Below are positions 39,930-47,816 of a stretch of 47,816 nt of DNA, one piece after another. The translations under genes and the position numbers were made by a program. The notes below the pieces were generated by a model that worked only from the letters and a program-made list of their open reading frames with translations, did not search any database and was not told the DNA's origin. Within the stretch, counting starts at the first letter, position 1. Every line of letters begins with the position of its first letter. The stretch lies in the sequence record SRR22947725_1128; one strand, written 5' to 3'.

Positions 39930-40769
39930 ATGCTTCGTATCTGTATCTTCCTCATTGCGTCGACACTGTCTTTGATTTCCGAGACGCCCGTTATTGCTGT
40001 ATGGCCGGAAGACCGCGTGCCTGGAAAGGTGACGGAGGAACCCGAAACTTTGATTCCAAGAGCAGACGGATATCAGCGCATGACCCACGTCAGTCGCCCT
40101 ACATTGACTTTTTTTGCGGCTTCCGATGTAAAGGGATTGCCAAAACCTGCGGTCATCGTTTGTCCGGGAGGCGCCTATCGTTATACTGTTATGGACAAGG
40201 AGGGATCAGCGATAGCAAGACGATTCAACCAAGCGGGGATTTCAGCGCTCGTTCTGAAATACCGCACTCCTGACAATCGCGAAGGCGCCTTGCAGGACCT
40301 GCAACGTGCATTGAGTCTGACGCGTTCCCGTGCGTTTGAATGGGATATTGATCCAGATCGTATTGGTGTCATCGGGTTTTCTGCAGGAGGTCACCTTGCG
40401 GTCAGTGCAAGTACACAATTTACGGCGAGACGCTACGAAGCTATTGACTCAGTGGATACCCTGAGTTGCCGTCCAGACTTCGTCATGTTGGTTTACCCTG
40501 CGTATCTCGATGACAAGCAAGGCAATGTTTCAACCGATATCAACCTTCAGGTTGATATCCCACCCACCTTGATTCTTCACAGTGAGGATGACAGCAACCA
40601 TGTCACCGGGAGTAGGCTCTATGCCAAACGACTCAAGGAAAAGGGAGGGCGACATGCATTCAAACTTTATTCAAGCGGTGGACACGGCTATGGCCTCCAC
40701 TCAAAAGGAGAAGCACGCGTCTGGCCTGAGGAAGCGATCGAATGGCTGCGAGCAATTGGCACTCAGTAG
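39930..40769 (+). CDS. Alpha/beta hydrolase (acetyl/feruloyl esterase-like)
   Basis: CPGGAY, GFSAGG nucleophile elbow, RPDF and GGHGYG motifs. ATG at 39930 gives a signal peptide. Confidence 0.85.
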   Translation: MLRICIFLIASTLSLISETPVIAVWPEDRVPGKVTEEPETLIPRADGYQRMTHVSRPTLTFFAASDVKGLPKPAVIVCPGGAYRYTVMDKEGSAIARRFNQAGISALVLKYRTPDNREGALQDLQRALSLTRSRAFEWDIDPDRIGVIGFSAGGHLAVSASTQFTARRYEAIDSVDTLSCRPDFVMLVYPAYLDDKQGNVSTDINLQVDIPPTLILHSEDDSNHVTGSRLYAKRLKEKGGRHAFKLYSSGGHGYGLHSKGEARVWPEEAIEWLRAIGTQ

Positions 40770-40805
40770 CTCGTTGCAAGCAATGACAGTTTTGGAAACT
40801 CACGC

Positions 40806-40828
40806 GCATGGTGATTTATTCACCATGC
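40806..40828. repeat. Perfect 9-bp inverted repeat between the esterase and the sulfatase
   Basis: GCATGGTGA-TTTAT-TCACCATGC. Confidence 0.6.
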
Positions 40829-40893
40829 CGAGATGGATAACATCCGCAATGAATTCACTTGCGTAAATTTCAACTATTTACAGATTATTCTAA

Positions 40894-42375
40894 ATGCGCC
40901 GGATGTTACTTATTTTCTTTGCAACCTTGACCATGATCCATGCTCAAGACCGTCCGAATTTCATCCTGGTCATGGGCGACGATCATGGATGGAGTGAGAC
41001 CGGCTACAACGGTCATCCTCACTTGAAGACACCGGTATTGGATGAAATGGCAACGAGGGGGTTGCGCCTCGATCATTTCTATGCCGCTCACCCGAGTTGT
41101 TCGCCAACGCGCGCCAGTGTCCTGACAGGGAGACATCCCAATCGATGTGGAACCTTCGCTCCCGGTTGGTCGATTCGGCCGGAGGAAATCACCATCGCGC
41201 ACCTTTTGAGCGAAGCCGGTTATCTCTGCGGTCATTTCGGTAAGTGGCATGTAGGCGCAGTGAAAGCGGAGTCGCCATTGAACCCTGCAGCGATGGGATT
41301 TGATGCTTATGTGTCACATGACAATTTTTATGAGATGAACCCGGAGATGTCTCGTAATGGGGGGGCGCCAGAGGTCTTGGAAGGCGAAGGCTCGGAGGTG
41401 ACGATTGCGGAAACGCTGAAGTTTATTGATCGCGCCCATGAAGAGGGGAAACCTTTTCTAGCGGTGGTATGGTTTGGCTCGCCTCATGAACCGTACAGCG
41501 GCCTGGAGAAAGACCTGGCCCTTTACAACGATCTGCCCATCGAGTACGAACATAGAAAAGTTCGCCTGACATCCATGAAGACAGGCAAGCCAACGGAACG
41601 TGTTTTGCGTGCCGTATTGCGCGAACGTTATGCCGAAATTACGGCGATGGATCGATCCATTGGATACCTTCGGAATCACTTGGAAATGAGCGGGCTGCGC
41701 GATAACACAGTGCTTTGGTATTGTGGAGATAATGGCAGTCCATCCAGCAGTGGTCGCGTTGAAACACCACTGCGTGGTCAGAAAGGAACGATGTATGAGG
41801 GAGGCATACGGGTGCCCGGATTGATTGAGTGGCCTGCAAGGATTGCGAAAGGACGTTTGAGTGTTCTCAATGCGGTGACAAGCGACATGCTGCCGACCTT
41901 GTGTGATCTGGCGGGGGTTGCGATTCCCCAAAGACCGTTGGATGGAGTGAGCCTAGCCTCTCTTCTGACAGGGGAAATGACCCAGCGACCGCCTATCTGC
42001 TTCTGGAGTTATTCGTCAAAAAGGATCACGACCCATACCCCGGAACTGAAGCCTTGGATTGATCCTCTGCTCCAGGAAGGGACGACGAAACTGGTGAAAT
42101 ACATGGGCAGCAAACGCACGCGTAGTTTCAGAAATTTTCACCAACCGGAGATCACGGAAGCAGACTATGGCGGCTCCCGCGTGTTGCTTGATGCTGATCA
42201 CAAGTTAGTGATTGATGGTAACGAAAATATCGAATTATTCGATTTAAGGAAGGATCGTGCGGAAGGAATGGATCTACACGAATCGCAATCGGAACTCGCT
42301 CTCAAACTGCAGAAGCAATTGCGATATTGGCAAACGTCTGTGCTGCAGAGTTTGCGCGCGGGCGACTATCCATGA
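40894..42375 (+). CDS. Sulfatase (S1 family), paralogous to 7318..8823
   Basis: MGDDHG, CSPTRAS, GKWH, WFGSPH and CGDNG motifs. Confidence 0.92.
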   Translation: MRRMLLIFFATLTMIHAQDRPNFILVMGDDHGWSETGYNGHPHLKTPVLDEMATRGLRLDHFYAAHPSCSPTRASVLTGRHPNRCGTFAPGWSIRPEEITIAHLLSEAGYLCGHFGKWHVGAVKAESPLNPAAMGFDAYVSHDNFYEMNPEMSRNGGAPEVLEGEGSEVTIAETLKFIDRAHEEGKPFLAVVWFGSPHEPYSGLEKDLALYNDLPIEYEHRKVRLTSMKTGKPTERVLRAVLRERYAEITAMDRSIGYLRNHLEMSGLRDNTVLWYCGDNGSPSSSGRVETPLRGQKGTMYEGGIRVPGLIEWPARIAKGRLSVLNAVTSDMLPTLCDLAGVAIPQRPLDGVSLASLLTGEMTQRPPICFWSYSSKRITTHTPELKPWIDPLLQEGTTKLVKYMGSKRTRSFRNFHQPEITEADYGGSRVLLDADHKLVIDGNENIELFDLRKDRAEGMDLHESQSELALKLQKQLRYWQTSVLQSLRAGDYP

Positions 42376-42723
42376 GTGTTCGTGCGGTGATGTTGAACTA
42401 ATAAGGTAGTGGAAAGCCGGGTAATGTCTTGTTGCCAAATGTGACTTATTTTGCTTTGAAACGGCCATGTGAATGTAAACTTCAGTTCAATGGAGCCGAT
42501 GCCCAGCTTGGCAGCGTTCTTTCGCTTCTTTTTCCTGAAGTGAGTAGCCGGGTAAATTTTTGATTCCCCGAGTATTCCAGAAGTGTCTGATTGTTCTTTC
42601 ATTTCAACATCATCCTGATCAAAAACGGCAAAAGATATTCGCAAGAGAGCCGAGTATTTTGAATGGATTGATCAAGTTGATTGAAAAAATTTTGCGAGCG
42701 CATTACTGGGCTTTCTAAAGAGC

Positions 42724-42759
42724 AGAAAGGTCCCCAGTGTGGTAGATGGGGACCTTTCT
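42724..42759 (-). terminator. Strong hairpin, probable (possibly bidirectional) terminator of the SGNH-CBM9 gene
   Basis: Perfect 13-bp stem AGAAAGGTCCCCA/TGGGGACCTTTCT with a 10-nt loop, 26 nt past the stop at 42786. Confidence 0.75.
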
Positions 42760-42785
42760 TATAAAGTTGACTGATTCATCAGGAG

Positions 42786-45296
42786 CTATCGTAGTCGATA
42801 AAATACTTGAGTTCCAGTGAATGAGATTTCCACACCACTGACTGCACCGGCCACTTCTTTCCACGGGCCGTTGACTGATGTCGCTGTCTGCAGGGAAGCA
42901 CTCCCTCCCCATTGGAGAATGATTCCCTCTGCTGAACGCGTCAGTTGCACTTTAGGGGAATCTTCTGATCCGCTGCCAAGCTCTCGTCCAAGCACCAGAG
43001 CTCCATAAGAAAATTCTCGATGTGGAGCTCCAGCCCAGTTTAGTTGAGCTTTCCGACCGTTCCCATCATCGTCATTTAATGCAATATTGAAACCAAGACG
43101 ATCTCCTTGCGACACTCCAAGCAGGGCGGATTTACTGAATTTAAACTCCATCTGATAACCATCCTCTGAATCGCTTGTAGCGGCAAACCAGTCGGCATCC
43201 TTACCCCATTTCGGATTGTTAGCTTCGTTATCTCTGCGAGCTCCATTGGGTGTAAAGACAAACTGTCCCTCGAACTTGCTTTCGGTGTTTCGCTGAGGAT
43301 CGTTACTGTTGTCGGCATCAAAGAATATCTCAATACTATCATCTAACCACGTCTGCTCATCCTCGGAATTTATTGCGGCCGAGTCAGTTGAAATTATATC
43401 GTCTTTGGCAACAATACCCACGTAAATGGACGACTCATCATGGACTATCCAACCTGTCAGGCTGTGATCTCCATCCTCCCACTCATCATTGCCAACACCT
43501 ACATGATAAGATCCAGTGTGCTGATTAAGCACAATCGGAAGCGCTGCCTCATATTCCATGGCTTCGATCTTTCCATCCAGGCTTGGGGCACTTGTTTTTG
43601 GTGCAGTGTAGGTCCTCTCTCCAATGAAAAGGTTGCCGTAAGTTGCTTCATTGTGAGGGGTTCCAACCCACATGATTTGTCGGCGGGAGCTTTGATCATC
43701 ATCATTGACGCCAACACTGAAACCGATTGCCTCTCCGGGCTCTGGATTGCCAATCACCGCCAGTGAAATGCGAAATTCGGCAACATAACCGTTATCGGTT
43801 ATTTCTGCTTTGGCATACCAGTCAGCGTTTTCTCCAAAGGAAGGGTCACCCGCCTCTTTATCGCGTCTGGCATTGTTAGCAGCGATGACAAATTGACCAC
43901 CAGTATCAACGATTTCAGGAATCCCAGCCGTATTGCGCTCCTCAAAATTACTGTTGTCGCCATCGATGAAAATTTCAACGCTATCGTCCTCCCATGTAGG
44001 CCCATCCTCTGAATTAGCCTCAGCGTTGTCATTGACGACCCAATCATCGGTGACCTCCACCGCCAGGTAGAGGTCACTTTCAAAAACGCCCGCATAAATG
44101 TTGAACTGAATATCTGTTTCATCCCAGATTTCATCTGGCAGCCCATCACCAAAACGCCCCCCTCTGAGCAAGTCCTCCAGTTCTTCATCGTATCGTACAC
44201 TCCAGGAGTTCTGAGCCGCTCCTCCCGCCCATTTCCAACTTTCCTCACTGTCTAAAATACCATCAATGGACGGAGCTGCTGGCAAGGCGAGTGCCATCTG
44301 AGTTTTTGTTGGGTCAAGCGCGACTTCAACAGGGCTGTCACCTTCAACTAATGGGAGGTTTGCCCGAATGAATTCAGCCCAGGCATCTGCCAGGTGTTCC
44401 TGATAGGACGTGGTAAATCGCAAGCCATCCCAAAAGATATAATTCTCGGGGTTTGAAACAATGGAGCCTGAAGCATTGGAAGAAGGTGTACCAAGATAGC
44501 ATTCGTAGCAGGCAAGCGCGCTGAGCTTGAAGCCATCCTGACGGGCATCAGCCGCCCATTTTTCGTGCCAGCTCACCCAGTCAAAGTAAAACAACGTGAT
44601 ATCCTGTCGATCCTGCAAATCAGTGATCACCGATTCAAGCTTCATGTGGTATGCCTCTTGCCACTTTTCCATCTCTCGTTGCGCATGCTAACTTTGTTCC
44701 ATCACTGACGGACGAAGACCACTGGTAAACAAATTGCTGATCAGAAAATACTTTCCGCCGGCATCAGCCAGCGCAGATACATAACCACCCAAAGCATCTG
44801 CTGTTTTGATTCCTTCATTCCCAGAAAAGCCATTGCCCTGAACATATTGGTCGTTTTCGCCGGCAATGATGATGATCAACTCTTCGCCGCTCAAATTCTC
44901 ATTGGCAAGCATCGTGTCAATTTGTTTGCCGACATTGTCCGGATCAAAGCTACCTCCATAACGAGCCATGACATTGCTTCCAATCAGAGGGGCTCCAGCA
45001 ACTGCATAATTTGAGCCTCCTTGTTCACTAGCTTCTGGAATTGGCAAGTTTAAATCATCCGCTAAATGTTCGACTGCCAGGGGGCCGTTGGAGAATCTGC
45101 CACCGAAATATGGCTCAGGTGGAAAACTAAAAATCTGATAACAGTTACCCGTATCGGAAATTTCACCGCCAAAAATAATTGTTCGTGTGAAAGGTAAAGC
45201 AGGATTCTGTGCCTCGAGATTTTTTGAGCTAGCGAAGATTATCAGGGAAGCAAATGCCGCCAACGTAGCTTTGAGCTTAATAGAAAACAATTTCAT
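42786..45296 (-). pseudogene. Secreted SGNH/GDSL-like domain plus two CBM9/DOMON-like domains and a C-terminal FYRLR domain; single gene interrupted by one in-frame TAG at 44688-44690
   Basis: ORFs 44688..45296 and 42786..44672 are in the same frame (...MEQS*HAQREMEKW...). GDSL blocks I-III lie before the stop and block V (YIFWDG) after it. Two repeats read APS.DG...DDS.EIF.D.DNS...GF...NDDD. Confidence 0.7.
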
Positions 45297-45699
45297 AATT
45301 CGTCTGGGGTTTCAGTAAAGAAAACGAAAACTCCTCTGCAACGGGGCCAAAAAAATAACTTTTCCTGCTAAATTTGCCTCACAGGAAAAGGGTTTTCCAA
45401 GCCATCAAAACATCGCTCGACTATAAAGCACTGCAGCCAATAAGGTTTTGATTGGTTTCCTCGAATGCGGATGTGAAGCAAAAATTTACTGTATTCTTAA
45501 TCCAGATTAGTCAGCTTGTAACAATCATCAACACGGCAAATAGCGACTCGGTTCACAATGCAGGGTGAATTGGGTGGGAGTGTTCAAGGAAGGACCATTG
45601 ATCATGCGATAGGTCACATAATCATGCCTTCAGCGAGGTGCGGAACAGCTTGTGTTTGCTTCTGTTCAGTAAATCTTTTTCTCACACCTTTCTCTATTG

Positions 45700-45721
45700 A
45701 ATCAAAAATCAGTTTTTGATT
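45700..45721. promoter_or_regulatory. Palindromic operator candidate upstream of the His-rich ORF
   Basis: Perfect AATCAAAAA-TCAG-TTTTTGATT, 70 nt before the ATG at 45792. Confidence 0.4.
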
Positions 45722-45791
45722 GGGAATACCAGTCTTGCCTTAAAAAAAGATTGCACTGGTTTCCACTTTTTGAGTTACTCGAATTTCTGAC

Positions 45792-46160
45792 ATGATTATT
45801 TTGCGTCACATCATCACATTATTGATGACGGTAAGCATCCTCACTGCAGGATTTCTTTCCCGTGATGCGGAATTCCATGCCTTGCTTCATGCTGGTGAAG
45901 AATTCTGTGAAGTTAAAGCATCAGAATGCCACCAGAAAGGTCAACATGACCACCATCACGAAGGCGAGGGTACTGAAGAGCATCCTCACGGTCTTCTGAC
46001 ACTGATGGCTGGAGCAGCTGTTGAAACCTCATTAGCCCCTCTGGTCTGCCCTGAACCGGTGCCTTCCCAATGGGCTTTTGTGACATGGAATCAAGAGCAA
46101 GGTGCAAGCTTTCGGAGCTGGAAAGCTTGCTTGGGACGAGCACCCCCCGCTCGATCCTAA
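45792..46160 (+). CDS. His-rich exported small protein with C-terminal RAPP motif (DUF2946/CruR/CutF-like upstream ORF)
   Basis: N-terminal hydrophobic segment, HALLH, C..C and HDHHHE...HPH motifs, a Pro-containing linker, and the ending GRAPPARS. Confidence 0.75.
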   Translation: MIILRHIITLLMTVSILTAGFLSRDAEFHALLHAGEEFCEVKASECHQKGQHDHHHEGEGTEEHPHGLLTLMAGAAVETSLAPLVCPEPVPSQWAFVTWNQEQGASFRSWKACLGRAPPARS

Positions 46161-46266
46161 CATCCCTGTTTCATACAAACCAAGGCATTCCATCTTCCGT
46201 ATCCTGTGCCATTGCACTCAAAACGTTCTATGGAATGCTGCACTCAAAGTTTCTTTTCATAATTTT

Positions 46267-47028
46267 ATGTCAAAATCCTCTTGGCGCCCACATGTGGGTC
46301 CCAGGTTGAGCGATGCTGCAATCCGTGGGTTTACTCTCATTGAATTACTCGTGGTTATTGCCATCATAGGCTTACTGGCGTCGATGCTGTTTCCAGCACT
46401 TGGCAAGGCTTCGGCCAAAGCCAAGCAAGTTAAATGTGCCTCCAACATGAGGCAAATTGGTCTTGGTATCTTCATGTATACCGATGACTTTGATGGTAAA
46501 TTGCCGCAGACGGCACACGAAACGCTGAGCACGAACAAAATCTGGATACGTCAACTGCTTCCTTACGTTGGGAATTCGGACGCGATTCGTCTTTGTCCGG
46601 CTGATCCAAATCGAACAGACCGTCGAGAAAGTGGGGGAACGAGCTATATTCTGAATGAGTTTATTTCGGTTCCGATCGTAGACTCATTCGGGCAGACGCT
46701 TGAACCCATCCCGAAACTTGATCAACTCAGGCAGCCATCGGAAACCGTCTTGCTTTTTGAGGTTGCTGATGATTATGGCCCATCCATCTTTTCGGACCAT
46801 ACGCATTCACGCTCCTGGCTCAGAAGTGGATGGGAAGGTGTGGTCGCAGACATTCAAGTGGATCGGCATCGAACTGGAGCTCCCAACGTGGATCGCACCC
46901 AAGGGAAAGCCAATTATCTGTTTGTGGATGGACACGTCGAATCCGTTGATGCCTCTGTATTCAAACATCAGTTTGATCAGGGCATCAATGTTGCCCAGCC
47001 TCCAGAGTTTCGGCCTTTATCGCCATAG
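46267..47028 (+). CDS. Prepilin-type N-terminal cleavage/methylation protein, H-X9-DG-like, with DHTH motif
   Basis: G^[46 protein letters not shown] and RH...ANYLFVDGHVE motifs. ATG at 46267. Confidence 0.88.
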   Translation: MSKSSWRPHVGPRLSDAAIRGFTLIELLVVIAIIGLLASMLFPALGKASAKAKQVKCASNMRQIGLGIFMYTDDFDGKLPQTAHETLSTNKIWIRQLLPYVGNSDAIRLCPADPNRTDRRESGGTSYILNEFISVPIVDSFGQTLEPIPKLDQLRQPSETVLLFEVADDYGPSIFSDHTHSRSWLRSGWEGVVADIQVDRHRTGAPNVDRTQGKANYLFVDGHVESVDASVFKHQFDQGINVAQPPEFRPLSP

Positions 47029-47165
47029 GATACTGACTCCAAATAGCCCCAGAAGAATTCAATAGATTCGCTCAAGAGCAAGCTTATTGCTCACGACTGT
47101 ACTCATATTCAAGGGGGGGAACTCTCACAATATTCACCAAAACAAAAATCAATTTACGAACAATA

Positions 47166-47816
47166 ATGAATCAACATTCAGTGAAAAATGTCATCATGCT
47201 GCTTTTTGGCCTGATTTCAATAACAGCATTGGCCGGTGAACGGCTAAAGTGGACTGATGGTCACGGAGACTTGTCAGTAGGATATAACCAAGGAGATTGG
47301 GACTGGGGCATATGGGTCAATAGTCCTGTGGACGGAGTGATTGTAAGTCTCAACGAAAAAGCAAAGAATACAATTCCGGACATTACAGGTTTTGAATTTC
47401 TTGGGAATGTGGGTGATCCTGTATGGATTGCTCCTCAAGTGGATCGAGAGGGTGTGATTTTCTTTGGAATGAATTCCTCCTCCACGCCTCAGGGTACATT
47501 CAAGGGAAACCGCTTTGATCTCAAGTTAACCAGTGTGGAAGGTCCCGGCGATTTTCTCACTTGGATAACTGGAGGTGCTGGATCTGTCGAAGTGGGTATG
47601 AATTCACAGGACGGCATTGATGCCAGTGATCGCATCGATGTGCCTGCACCCGGACATTTTCACCAAAACTGGGGGTTTACCTCCCCTGGAACCTATCATG
47701 TGGGATTCACTGGAGAGGGTATACTTGCCGGTCAGTCAGCCTTGAATGTGAGCGATGAAGAGGTTTATCGATTTGCCGTCAATGTTTTTGACCGAGGTGA
47801 ACTGGATATGGAAGTC
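47166..47816 (+). CDS. Choice-of-anchor M / TIGR03769-like surface protein, partial (runs off the right edge; absent from the ORF track)
   Basis: Manual translation gives MNQHSVKNVIMLLFGLISITALAG-ERLKWTDGHGDL...GDPVWIAPQ...VEGPGDF...PGHFHQNWGFTSPGTY...YRFAVNVFDRGELDMEV. The frame is open for 217 codons and a second repeat appears to begin at the edge. Confidence 0.8.
   Translation, partial: MNQHSVKNVIMLLFGLISITALAGERLKWTDGHGDLSVGYNQGDWDWGIWVNSPVDGVIVSLNEKAKNTIPDITGFEFLGNVGDPVWIAPQVDREGVIFFGMNSSSTPQGTFKGNRFDLKLTSVEGPGDFLTWITGGAGSVEVGMNSQDGIDASDRIDVPAPGHFHQNWGFTSPGTYHVGFTGEGILAGQSALNVSDEEVYRFAVNVFDRGELDMEV

Noticed and set aside
44688-44690. Pyrrolysine or genome-wide amber recoding as the explanation for the TAG
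   Set aside because: TAG is used as a normal stop by several genes here (sufT, the SASA esterase, rlmB), and no pyl genes are in the window.
45297-45791. Cobalamin or other metal/cofactor riboswitch before the His-rich ORF
   Set aside because: No B12-box or other recognisable aptamer core was seen.
46102-46266. Extended N-terminus of the prepilin-like ORF from GTG 46102
   Set aside because: It overlaps the RAPP ORF and gives an implausibly long prepilin leader. ATG 46267 fits better.
1-47816. CRISPR array, tRNA/rRNA, IS/transposase, integrase, prophage or defence genes
   Set aside because: I found no regularly spaced direct repeats, tRNA T-loop signatures, or mobile-element or defence protein motifs on reading the intergenic regions and ORFs.

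Overview
This 47.8 kb window is bacterial chromosomal DNA. Its gene families point to a PVC-superphylum organism, most likely a marine Verrucomicrobia: four formylglycine sulfatases, two prepilin/H-X9-DG proteins, a PVC-type CxxCH heme protein, a DUF1552 remnant and an 'FYRLR'-ending secreted protein. Housekeeping genes (CBS/DRTGG-type ppaC, sufT, leuB, a shortened rlmB, an ABC-F ATPase, an nhaP-type antiporter) are interleaved with secreted hydrolases. There is a complete glucosylglycerate operon (gpgP-gpgS-GH13_18 phosphorylase) behind a sigma-54-type promoter. The most interesting locus is at the right end. A His-rich, RAPP-terminated (DUF2946/CruR/CutF-like) upstream ORF precedes a His-motif prepilin-like gene and a choice-of-anchor-M-type surface protein that is missing from the ORF track; together they are a candidate metal-sensing, ribosome-stalling-controlled metal acquisition system. 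Other points of note: a secreted SGNH pseudo-enzyme/CBM9 gene split by one in-frame TAG, a long structured element upstream of leuB, tandem DnaA boxes and a long hairpin in a 600-bp convergent gap, and an uncharacterised TPR + DUF3142 pair. I saw no rRNA, tRNA, CRISPR array, transposase or prophage gene. All family calls come from motif recognition by eye, not from database searches.
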